Below, in pieces: positions 1 through 8,460 of a DNA stretch of 32,000 bases (within the stretch, counting starts at the first letter, position 1; each line of letters opens with the position of its first letter). Location of the stretch: the NCBI GenBank assembly GCA_003056265.1, contig NBVN01000002.1:510001-542000 (forward strand). The letters run 5' to 3'. The DNA is from Zestosphaera tikiterensis. Lineage in GTDB: Archaea; Thermoproteota; Thermoprotei_A; Sulfolobales; NBVN01. The position numbers and the translations under genes are program-made. The notes beneath the pieces were generated by a model. It was not told the origin of the DNA, searched no databases, and saw only the letters and a program-made list of their open reading frames with translations.

Positions 1-1143
1 AACAATCGTCTCAACAGCCCAAGTAACTTCCGGAGCTCCATAACCTCTAATAGCGCATCCAGGGACTTTATTAGTGTATACAGCCCTACCTACGTACCTT
101 ATATTTCTCCATTTATATAGTGAGACAAACCAACCGAGTGAGGTTCCCAGGAGTGGATATGGCTGTACTTGATGTGCGCCTATATCTATAATGTTTTCAA
201 ACTCGCCACCTATTAAAAACCCTTCCTTCGTAGCCCCTGCTTTAATTCTGAAGTGCATTGAGAACCCTACGTGATCATACATATCCTCCTCCCTAGTTAA
301 CGCTATCTTAACAGGTTTCCTGGCTTTCAAGCAAAGGGCTACTGCTATAGGCACTATAACGTTTGTTTGTATGCTTGAGCCGAAACTACCGCCTATAGGG
401 ACTTTAACTACGTTGACTTTACTCTCCGGCAAGTCGAAGATCTGGCTAACTAATATCCTAGTGTTATGTATTGTCTGCGTTGTTGTGTATATAGTTATGC
501 TACCGTCCGTGTGGGGCACGCATAAAACCGCTTTAGGCTCTAACTGCATGTGATATCTTCTACCTGTCTTAAAGAACCTCTCGATAACTACGTCAGCTTT
601 TTTAAACGCTTCATCAACATCTCCTTCGGAATACGTTAATTCAGCACCTACGTTATTCTTAACCTCAACCCATTTATCACCTTTCATAATTCTTTCATGT
701 ATTGGAGGGGCGTCAGGTGACATAGCTTCGAAAGGATCTAATATAGGTTTACGTATGTTTTCGAACTCCACCTCCAATAACTCTAGAGCTCGTTGAGCCA
801 GTTCTTCACTTGAAGCCGCTACAGCAGCTATGGGATCACCAACGAACCTAGGTCTCTTAGTCAAGACTTGATGATCTTTAAACGTTACTTCATGAACGCT
901 TACTAACCTAGGGTTGTAGAGTTTTTGAGGTACGTCATCTGGAGTTATAACAACAGCGCCTAACCTCTCCGCTCTCTCTTTATTTATCCTTTTAACATCT
1001 GCGAAAGCGTAAGGACTTCTGAAGATCCTGCCGATTAACATGCCTGGGACTTCTAAGTCGTTAGTAAATTTAAGCGCTCCAGAAACCTTCGCTAAAGAGT
1101 CTTTCCTTAAAGTCTTTGAACCTAGGAAGCTCCAAGCAGTCAT
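1..1143 (-). CDS. Xanthine dehydrogenase/aldehyde oxidase-family molybdopterin-binding large subunit. Partial: the N-terminal 381 codons are in the window and the 3' end runs off the left edge.
   Basis: Not in the ORF track because no stop lies in the window. The reverse-complement ATG at 1141-1143 opens a frame that stays open to position 1. It begins MTAWSFLGSKTLRKDSLAKVSGALKFTNDLEVPGMLIGRIFRSPYAFADVKRI... and reaches ...CAIRGYGAPEVTWAVE at the edge. It is paralogous to the 777-aa subunit at 2618-4951 (compare FRGFGNPG). Confidence 0.8.
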   Translation of the reverse strand, partial: MTAWSFLGSKTLRKDSLAKVSGALKFTNDLEVPGMLIGRIFRSPYAFADVKRINKERAERLGAVVITPDDVPQKLYNPRLVSVHEVTFKDHQVLTKRPRFVGDPIAAVAASSEELAQRALELLEVEFENIRKPILDPFEAMSPDAPPIHERIMKGDKWVEVKNNVGAELTYSEGDVDEAFKKADVVIERFFKTGRRYHMQLEPKAVLCVPHTDGSITIYTTTQTIHNTRILVSQIFDLPESKVNVVKVPIGGSFGSSIQTNVIVPIAVALCLKARKPVKIALTREEDMYDHVGFSMHFRIKAGATKEGFLIGGEFENIIDIGAHQVQPYPLLGTSLGWFVSLYKWRNIRYVGRAVYTNKVPGCAIRGYGAPEVTWAVETIV

Positions 1144-1161
1144 AAACTCCAACCTCTCACG

Positions 1162-1187
1162 TTAACTCCTTAGATATTTGGAGTTAA
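1162..1187. promoter_or_regulatory. Inverted repeat TTAACTCC-N10-GGAGTTAA in the divergent promoter between the Mo-enzyme paralogue and the amidohydrolase. Candidate operator.
   Basis: Arms of 8 bp at 1162-1169 and 1180-1187 flank an A/T-rich 10-nt spacer (ttagatattt) that could be the TATA box of the minus-strand gene. An AAAAAATATTATTA box for the plus-strand gene follows at about 1191-1204. Confidence 0.35.
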
Positions 1188-1227
1188 GGGAAAAAATATT
1201 ATTATGTTTAATCCGTAATTAAATTCG

Positions 1228-2583
1228 GTGTGTTTAATGCGTGGTGGGAACTTATTAGTTAGGAATGGTTTAATCGTAACTTCAGAAGCTATGTTTAAAG
1301 CTGACGTGAAGGTGGTTGACGGCAAGATAGTCTCAATAGGTGAGGGCTTAAGTAATGAAGGCGTTGACGAGGTAATAGACGCTAAAGGTATGTTGGTTTT
1401 ACCAGGTGTTGTTGATGAACACGTACATATGCGTGAGCCGGGGCTTGAGTTTAAAGACGATTTCACGCACGGCACTAAAGCAGCTGCTTTAGGTGGTGTA
1501 ACTACAGTTATTGAGCAACCCAATACGTTACCGCCTGTAGAGGATTCTAATACCTTACTAGCTAAGGCGAAGTTATTAGAGGGTAAGGCATTCGTTGATT
1601 TCGCGCTTTACGGCGTTTTATACGACTCTAACGTACATAACTTTGAAGACATGATTTCATCCGGTGCCGTAGGTTTTAAGGTGTTCTTAGGGCCGACGAC
1701 AGGTAATATACCGCCGCCTTCTACGGGGTCGTTATACCATATATTAAGTCTTTCAGCAAAGCATAACGTCACGATAGCCTTCCACGCAGAAGATAATGAC
1801 TTAGTTAACTACTTCACGAATAAAGTAAGGAGTGAGGGACGTGTAGACGCTAAAGCGCATGAAGACGCACGACCTCCGATATGTGAGGAGTTAGCTGTGA
1901 TTAAGTTAGCTACCATAGCTAAAAGAACGGGCGGTCATGCCCACATCTTACATCTATCCTCTAAAGAAGCTGTTGAAGTCATTAAAGAGGGTAAGGTGAG
2001 GGGTGTGAAGTTAACTGGTGAAACATGCCCTCACTACCTCCTACTAAGTAATGAGGACTACGTTAAGTACGGAACTTTAATGAAGGTAAACCCGCCGATT
2101 AGAGGCTTAACGCATCAGCAAGCTTTATGGGAAGGGATTAAAGAAGGGGTGATAGAAACGATAGGTTCGGATCACGCCCCACATACGGTTGAGGAGAAAA
2201 AGAAAAGTGTGTGGGAGGCTTCTTCAGGTTTTATAGGTGTGCAGACTTTACTACCTTTAACCTTAGATGCCGCTTTGAAAGGTAAGCTACAGTTGACGTT
2301 ACTGCCTAAGCTACTTAGTGAGAATCCAGCTAAGCTCTTTAAACTGTGGCCTAGGAAAGGCGTTATAAACGTGGGAAGTGATGGCGACTTAGTTATAGTT
2401 GATCCAAACGAGGAATTTACGATAACGCAGGAATGGCTTATATCTAAAAACCCGGTGACGCCGTTTATCGGATGGAAAGTTAGAGGAAGGATTAAACACA
2501 CGATCTTAAGGGGCGTTCCTATAGTTAGGGACGGCATACTTCAGAACGTCTCGCAGGGATCTTGGTTAAAAGCCATTTTTTAA
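1228..2583 (+). CDS. Cyclic amidohydrolase of the dihydroorotase/allantoinase/hydantoinase family
   Basis: Metal-ligand and family motifs are present: DEHVHMREPG, GGVTTV..QPNT, GFKVFLG (candidate carboxylated Lys), FHAED, HILHLSS, CPHYL, KVNPPIR, GSDHAPH. The start is probably the ATG at 1237 rather than the GTG at 1228. Confidence 0.8.
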   Translation: MCLMRGGNLLVRNGLIVTSEAMFKADVKVVDGKIVSIGEGLSNEGVDEVIDAKGMLVLPGVVDEHVHMREPGLEFKDDFTHGTKAAALGGVTTVIEQPNTLPPVEDSNTLLAKAKLLEGKAFVDFALYGVLYDSNVHNFEDMISSGAVGFKVFLGPTTGNIPPPSTGSLYHILSLSAKHNVTIAFHAEDNDLVNYFTNKVRSEGRVDAKAHEDARPPICEELAVIKLATIAKRTGGHAHILHLSSKEAVEVIKEGKVRGVKLTGETCPHYLLLSNEDYVKYGTLMKVNPPIRGLTHQQALWEGIKEGVIETIGSDHAPHTVEEKKKSVWEASSGFIGVQTLLPLTLDAALKGKLQLTLLPKLLSENPAKLFKLWPRKGVINVGSDGDLVIVDPNEEFTITQEWLISKNPVTPFIGWKVRGRIKHTILRGVPIVRDGILQNVSQGSWLKAIF

Positions 2584-2617
2584 ACTTTACGTATAAATTA
2601 TTTGTTGGTGATTTACA

Positions 2618-4951
2618 ATGAGCGTTGAAGACCCTTACGCACTCTTAGATAAGTGGCTAAACGCTCAGGAACTTCTTGTTGTAGGTAAAGACGTTACCAG
2701 AGTCGACGCTTTTCAGAAGGCTGTAGGTAAGGCTTACTTTACTGAGGATTACCTCCTTAAAGAGGCGTTGTTCGTTAAGCAGGTGTTAAGCCCGTACCCA
2801 CATGCTAGGATATTAAGTTATGACGTACGTAAAGCCTTAGATATTCCAGGCGTTAAAGCCGTAATAACTGCTAAGGATATCCCAGGCGTTAATCAAGTTG
2901 GTTATGCGTTACCCGACCAACCATTGCTAGCTGAGGGTAAGGTTAGATACGTAGGTGAAGTCGTTGCGTTAGTTGTTGCTGAGGACTACGATACAGCTTT
3001 CAAAGGTGTTGAGTCCGTTGAGGTTAAGTATGAGGAACTACCTTACCTGCTAGACCCCTTAGAAGCTATGAACAGAAACGACATTTTAATACATGAGGAA
3101 ATAGGAAGTAATATAGCCTTCAAAACCAAGGTTGTTAAAGGCGACGTTAACGAAGGTTTTGCTAAATCCGACGTAATTGTTGAGAACGAGTATAGAACGC
3201 ATCATCAGGACCATATCTACCTAGAGCCTGAAGCAGCCTTAGCTATACCGGACATGGAGGGTAGGATAACGATTATTTGCTCAACGCAGTACCCACACCT
3301 AACTAGAGATATTGCATCTAAAGTTTTAGGTCTCCCGTCAAGCTACGTAAAGATAATAACACCATACGTAGGCGGAGGCTTCGGAGGTAAGGACGATGAG
3401 GGGCCGCTCGTAGCTGCTAAAGCAGCTTTAGCTGCTTATTTAACGGGAAGACCTTCCTTCCTCATGTATAGTAGGGAGGAGTCCATAGCTATACATCCGA
3501 AGAGGGAAGCTACGGTAATTAAGTATAAGAGCGGAGCCTCTAAAGACGGTAGGCTTCAAGCCATAGACGTTAAAATAATACACGATACTGGCGCTTACGC
3601 GAATAGAGGGCCTTTCATTTTGTGGAGAGCTACGGTACATGCTTCAGGACCTTATGAAGTTCCTAACGCTAGAGTCGAAGGCTTCGCAGTATATACCAAT
3701 AAAGTTTATCAAGGGTCATTTAGAGGTTTCGGCAACCCTGGAATTCAATTCGCCGCCGAATCTCAAATGGATTTACTTGCTGAGAAGTTGGGTTTAGACC
3801 CCATAGACTTCAGGCTTAAGAACATACTTAAGGAAGGCAGTACCACCATAACAAGTCAAAAACTTGATCATTCAGTAGGCGTTGGTGAAGCACTACGTAA
3901 AGTCGCTGAAGCCTCTGATTGGTGGCGTAAAAGAAGGGAATATAGCTTAGATACTGGGAGGTTTAGGCGGGGCATAGGCGTTGGGGTGGCGTGGCATGGA
4001 ATAAGCACTTCCAGAGGTGTTCCAGACTGGTCTAACGCGTATGTGAAGATAGAGAAGGACGGTTCAGTAACGGCGTATACGGGCATTGTTGAGATGGGTC
4101 AGGGAGCGCCTACAAGCGCGCACGTTCAAATAATCTCAGAGTTGCTTGGGATCCCACCAACTAAAGTTAAGGTTATATTCGGCACTACAGACGCTCCGGA
4201 CACGGGAGCTACCCACGCATCAAGGGGTAGTAGCATAGGTGGTATAGGTGTTTTAATAGCTGCGGCTAAGTTAAGGGAGAGGTTAGCTAAGCTAGCTTCG
4301 GAAATACTTAACGTAACCCCTGAGGAGATAATGTTTAAAGACGGTAGAGTATACTCTAAGAAGGATCCCAACCTCTATATAGAGTGGAAGGACTTAATTA
4401 AAGAGGCTATCTCTAAAGGTGTTGAGTTAAGCGCTACAGGCTACTTCTTCCTACCGAAGGGTAAGTTCGACGACGTGAGGGGTCAGGGGTTTGCCTACCC
4501 AGCGTTCAGCTATATGGTCGTGATCTCCGAGGTTGAAGTCGATGTTGAGACAGGTGTGGTTAAGGTGCTTAAGGTTTGGCCTGCTTTAGCTGCTGGAAGG
4601 ATATTAAACCCACAGCAAGTTGAGGGTCAGTTGGAAGGGGCTGCAGTTCAAGGTCTAGGGTATGCGTTAATGGAGAACTTAGTTTTCGACGGTAAGGGTA
4701 GGGTAGTGAATCCAGACTTGACGGATTACGTAATACCTACCATTAGAGACGTGCCTGAAATTCAAAAACCGATATACGTTGAAGACTTGTTTAAATACGG
4801 GCCTTTTGGCGCTAAAGGTGTCGGTGAGTTGGCTTTAATACCCATGCCTGCCTCAGTAGCTAACGCCGTATCGCATGCGTTGAAAACTAGAGTTACTTCA
4901 CTTCCGTTAACCCCTGAGAGGGTTTTAGAATTAATACGTAGTTCGAGGTGA
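2618..4951 (+). CDS. Xanthine dehydrogenase/aldehyde oxidoreductase-family molybdopterin-binding large subunit (CoxL/CutA-like)
   Basis: A 777-aa ORF with the motifs GGGFGGK, FRGFGNPG and a C-terminal GAKGVGE (catalytic Glu region). It is followed by medium and small subunit genes with a 4-nt gap and a 4-nt overlap. Confidence 0.9.
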   Translation: MSVEDPYALLDKWLNAQELLVVGKDVTRVDAFQKAVGKAYFTEDYLLKEALFVKQVLSPYPHARILSYDVRKALDIPGVKAVITAKDIPGVNQVGYALPDQPLLAEGKVRYVGEVVALVVAEDYDTAFKGVESVEVKYEELPYLLDPLEAMNRNDILIHEEIGSNIAFKTKVVKGDVNEGFAKSDVIVENEYRTHHQDHIYLEPEAALAIPDMEGRITIICSTQYPHLTRDIASKVLGLPSSYVKIITPYVGGGFGGKDDEGPLVAAKAALAAYLTGRPSFLMYSREESIAIHPKREATVIKYKSGASKDGRLQAIDVKIIHDTGAYANRGPFILWRATVHASGPYEVPNARVEGFAVYTNKVYQGSFRGFGNPGIQFAAESQMDLLAEKLGLDPIDFRLKNILKEGSTTITSQKLDHSVGVGEALRKVAEASDWWRKRREYSLDTGRFRRGIGVGVAWHGISTSRGVPDWSNAYVKIEKDGSVTAYTGIVEMGQGAPTSAHVQIISELLGIPPTKVKVIFGTTDAPDTGATHASRGSSIGGIGVLIAAAKLRERLAKLASEILNVTPEEIMFKDGRVYSKKDPNLYIEWKDLIKEAISKGVELSATGYFFLPKGKFDDVRGQGFAYPAFSYMVVISEVEVDVETGVVKVLKVWPALAAGRILNPQQVEGQLEGAAVQGLGYALMENLVFDGKGRVVNPDLTDYVIPTIRDVPEIQKPIYVEDLFKYGPFGAKGVGELALIPMPASVANAVSHALKTRVTSLPLTPERVLELIRSSR

Positions 4952-4955
4952 GAAC

Positions 4956-5837
4956 ATGCTTACTAAAATACCTGAGTTTAACTTCTTAAAAGCGACTTCC
5001 GTGGATGAAGCCCTACGTCTCATAGCAACTCACAGCAACTATAAGTTGTTGGCCGGCGGGACAGACCTCTTAATGGATTTAAGGATAGGTAGGTATAAAC
5101 CTGAAGTCGTCATAGACATTAGTAAGGTTATGGAGTTGAAATACATTAAAGACTTAGGTGATAAGATAGCCATCGGGTCTTTAACAACCCTTCAGGAGGT
5201 TCTGGAAAGCCCTGTGGTGAGGGGTAAAGCCCCCGTCTTAGTTGAAGCCGTCTCCAACATGGCTTCTTGGCAGATAAGGAATATGGCTACGTTAGGAGGT
5301 AATCTATGTAACGCCTCACCAGCCGCCGATACAGCACCACCTCTTATGGTTTTAAACGCGTCGTTAAAGTTAAGAAGCTTAAGTAAAGGTGAGAGGGTAG
5401 TCAACGTTAATGAGTTTTTCTTAGGACCTAGACAGACAGTGCTTGAGAAGGGGGAGATGCTAACGGAGGTTGAGATACCTTACGTTAAAGACGCCGGTCA
5501 ATCCTACCTTAAGTTAGGTAGGAGGAACGCGTTCACGTTATCTATAGTTTCAGTAGCTTCCTTAGTTAAGGTGGAGGACGGCAGGTTTAAAGAGGTTAGA
5601 GTAGCTTTAAACTCTGTAGCCCCCACCCCAGTTAGAGCTAGGAGTGTTGAGCAGGCTTTAATAGGTAAGGAGGTGTCGTATGAGGCCGTAGTTAAGGCCT
5701 CTAACGAGGTAATTCACGATATATCGCCTATAAGCGACGTTAGAGCTTCAGCAGAGTATAGGAGGAAGGTTTCAATAGTTTTAGTTCGTGATTCCATACT
5801 AAAGTCCTTAAGTGGTTTAGGAATTAACGTGAGGTGA
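4956..5837 (+). CDS. FAD-binding medium subunit of the molybdenum hydroxylase (CoxM/CutB-like)
   Basis: It has LLAGGTDLL and ATLGGNL motifs, is 293 aa, and sits between the large and small subunit genes. Confidence 0.88.
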   Translation: MLTKIPEFNFLKATSVDEALRLIATHSNYKLLAGGTDLLMDLRIGRYKPEVVIDISKVMELKYIKDLGDKIAIGSLTTLQEVLESPVVRGKAPVLVEAVSNMASWQIRNMATLGGNLCNASPAADTAPPLMVLNASLKLRSLSKGERVVNVNEFFLGPRQTVLEKGEMLTEVEIPYVKDAGQSYLKLGRRNAFTLSIVSVASLVKVEDGRFKEVRVALNSVAPTPVRARSVEQALIGKEVSYEAVVKASNEVIHDISPISDVRASAEYRRKVSIVLVRDSILKSLSGLGINVR

Positions 5838-6310
5838 TGTATGTGAAAGTAAGCTTTAAATTAAATGGAAAGAACGTCGTTATAGACGTCAACCCAAACG
5901 AGGTGTTGTTAGATACTTTAAGGCTTAAGCTAGGGGTTAAAAGCGTTAAGAGAGGTTGTGAAAGAGGGGAATGCGGCGTCTGCACAGTTTTAATGAATGG
6001 TAAACCTGTTTACTCATGCATGGTCTTAACACCTCAAGCGGATGGGGCAGAGATTGAGACTGTTGAATACTTACAGGGGAAGGAGGAAGTTAAGGCTTTA
6101 ATTGATTCTTTCGTAAAGCATGGAGCGATTCAATGCGGTTACTGCACACCAGGCTTTATAGTAACTGCTTACGCACTTATTAAAGCTAAGCAAAACGGCT
6201 TAACGAAGGAAGACGTTATCAAAGGGCTTGAGGGCAACCTCTGCAGGTGTACGGGCTATAAAAAAATCTTAGAAGCAGTTATCAACGCTTTAAACCAGTT
6301 AGAGACGTAG
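5834..6310 (+). CDS. [2Fe-2S]-binding small subunit of the molybdenum hydroxylase (CoxS/CutC-like)
   Basis: Two cluster motifs are present: CERGECGVCTV...C and QCGYCTPG...CRCTGY. The ORF is 158 aa and overlaps the upstream gene by 4 nt. Confidence 0.9.
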   Translation: MMYVKVSFKLNGKNVVIDVNPNEVLLDTLRLKLGVKSVKRGCERGECGVCTVLMNGKPVYSCMVLTPQADGAEIETVEYLQGKEEVKALIDSFVKHGAIQCGYCTPGFIVTAYALIKAKQNGLTKEDVIKGLEGNLCRCTGYKKILEAVINALNQLET

Positions 6311-6391
6311 TTAAGCCTACGCTTTTGGCAACGAATTCGTAGCTTTCTCTACGTTTTAGCAATCATAGAACCTTTATCAACATTGAAGACA

Positions 6392-6859
6392 TTAAGCATA
6401 TACAACGCTTAGTATGTGTTTTACGGTGGTTGGGTTTTCCAGGTTGTCATTCATTAAAATGTTTATTAACTCTCGCGTTGTGTCGGTTACGTCCATTTTT
6501 AAAGCTTCGTTTAACGTGAAGAAACCTATATCTAGGGATTCTTCACTAGCTTTAACCTCACCTATTGCGTCGAGAATTAGGTAGTCTAGAATCACGTAGT
6601 GGTATCTAATGCTTAAGTCTTTATTTAATCTGATAAACTCCGTTATCGCGTAGAGCTTTACTTTAGAAGCTTTTAAGGAAGTTTCCTCCTCAAGTTCTCT
6701 AATTACGGCTTTCTCGATAGGTTCGCCGGGCTCTACATGACCTCCAGGTATGGACCAGTAGTTAGCTGATGGTGGGTACTTACGCTTAACTAGGAGTAGC
6801 TTGCCCTCCCTTAGGACTATAGCTCCTACAGCAAGCTTAGGCCAGTACTCCACTACCAA
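6392..6859 (-). CDS. NUDIX hydrolase
   Basis: A Nudix box is present: GGHVEPGEPIEKAVIRELEEETSL (GX5EX7REUXEEXGU pattern). Confidence 0.85.
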   Translation of the reverse strand: MVVEYWPKLAVGAIVLREGKLLLVKRKYPPSANYWSIPGGHVEPGEPIEKAVIRELEEETSLKASKVKLYAITEFIRLNKDLSIRYHYVILDYLILDAIGEVKASEESLDIGFFTLNEALKMDVTDTTRELINILMNDNLENPTTVKHILSVVYA

Positions 6860-6953
6860 CCCTCTAACAATATTTAACGCTGTCCTGTTTTTATTTTAAA
6901 CATTCAACCGGTATTTATTTAAGGGGCGCTCTCCTTGAAAAGGGCTTAAGTGC

Positions 6954-8279
6954 GTGGTCTGTGGTTACGTAGAGAATAGGGATGTATACGCAGTTAAATG
7001 CCCTGAATGCGGCGGTCCTTTAATCCCAGTAAGTGAGGTTTCTAAACTTGTTAAGTCTAGGGATTCCTCCGGCGTTTGGGTTTGGAGTGAGGCGTTGGTT
7101 ACAGGTTCTTACAAACCCAAGATAACTATATTTGAGGGTAATACACCGCTTATTAAGCCACGTATCTTAAGCACCTTCTTAAAGATACGTAGGTTCTTCC
7201 TTAAAGACGAGTCTAAAAACCCGACAGGAGTTTACATAGATAGGGGTTCAGCAACTTTAATCACTACGTTAAGGCATTTCAAATTTAGTGAGGTTATAGT
7301 TGCTTCAACAGGTGATTTAACAATCTCAATATCTGCTTATGCTAAGCAAGCAAGAATGAAGGTTAAAACGTTCATGCCTTCTAATGTGTCGTTAAGTAAA
7401 GCTTATAAAGCTATGTTATTAACCGACAGCTGTAGGTTTGTTGAGACTTACGATGAAGCCGTAGCTAAAGCACTTAAGCAGGAGTTGAGGGGTTATCAAG
7501 CAGCGGTTTTAGCTACGAACCCATACCTTATGGACGGGTATAAAACCATAGTTTACGAGGTTGTTAACGAGTTAAGCGAGTTAGACAATAAACCTAATTA
7601 CATAGTGGTTCCTATAGGTGACGGTGTTTTACTGGCGAGTATAAAACAGGCTTTCGAGGATTTGAAGTTAGGTAATGTTAAGTTCTTAGGCGTTAAAGCT
7701 CGTAGGGAAACCCCCCTCTTAAGGGAGATATATGTTGAAACGCCGTTGTTTAAAGACTTTATTGAAGGGTTGAGGTCTTCAGGAAAGCTTGAGATAGTTG
7801 AGGTTGAAGAGGATGAAGCTCTTGAAGCTAGTGAACTTATGATTAAAAAAGAAGGTTTGATGGTGGGACCTGTCGGTTCTTCATGTGTAGCGTCACTAAC
7901 TAAGGCATTGAATTATGGTGAGAAAGCCTTAAAAGAAGCTGTGGTTGTGGCTGTAGTTACTGGAGATTCACTTCAAGACCCTTACTTAATGAGGGCTTTA
8001 CTTGAGAGAACGTTAAAGCCTAAGGAAATCCCGTTGCTTGGGTTTACGAAGCTTAAGATACTTGAGATACTTGCTTACGAAGGTCCTAAACACCCTTACG
8101 AGATTTGGAAGTCTTTAAAAGTTAAACACGCCATAGATATAAGTAAGAGAGCTGTCTATCAACACTTAGACGAGTTAGTTGAGAGCGGGTTAGCCGTAGT
8201 TAAAGACTATGTAAAAGTAAGCGGCAGGCTTAGGAAGGTATATGGGATAACGGACTTAGGGCTTAAAGAACTTAAGTGA
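6954..8279 (+). CDS. Threonine-synthase-like (PLP fold type II) domain lacking the Schiff-base lysine, fused to a C-terminal winged-helix DNA-binding domain. Putative regulator or pseudoenzyme.
   Basis: The N-terminus is a ThrC-type zinc ribbon (KCPECGGPL). EGNTPL is present. Where ThrC has NPTGSFKDRG, this protein has NPTGVYIDRG (K to I). ASTGD replaces ASTGN and PIGDG replaces PVGNAGN. The last ~80 aa (LKILEILAYEGPKHPYEIWKSL...RAVYQHLDELVESGLAV) resemble a PadR/ArsR-type wHTH. Confidence 0.65.
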   Translation: MVCGYVENRDVYAVKCPECGGPLIPVSEVSKLVKSRDSSGVWVWSEALVTGSYKPKITIFEGNTPLIKPRILSTFLKIRRFFLKDESKNPTGVYIDRGSATLITTLRHFKFSEVIVASTGDLTISISAYAKQARMKVKTFMPSNVSLSKAYKAMLLTDSCRFVETYDEAVAKALKQELRGYQAAVLATNPYLMDGYKTIVYEVVNELSELDNKPNYIVVPIGDGVLLASIKQAFEDLKLGNVKFLGVKARRETPLLREIYVETPLFKDFIEGLRSSGKLEIVEVEEDEALEASELMIKKEGLMVGPVGSSCVASLTKALNYGEKALKEAVVVAVVTGDSLQDPYLMRALLERTLKPKEIPLLGFTKLKILEILAYEGPKHPYEIWKSLKVKHAIDISKRAVYQHLDELVESGLAVVKDYVKVSGRLRKVYGITDLGLKELK

Positions 8280-8460
8280 CTCCCTCACTTTTCAGTTTTC
8301 AATAGTTTCCTCAAGTATTAAAGACTTTAATCACCTACCACCCAATCTTAAGGATTTCAAGGCTTTTAAGCTGAATCATGCGAACTAAATAGCTTAAGAA
8401 CAGTAGTGAATCATAGATCTTTTCATCCCGCCTTAAAGACGCACTCAGAAGAGGAGGTCG

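Noticed and set aside
1170-5404. Antisense ORFs from the track: 1170-1523, 2172-2537, 3440-3640, 3868-4086, 4126-4371 and 5192-5404. The plus-strand ORF 371-553 was also considered.
   Set aside because: Each lies entirely opposite, or out of frame within, a gene with strong family motifs. The products are low-complexity (S/T/P/L-rich) shadow ORFs with no recognisable motifs.
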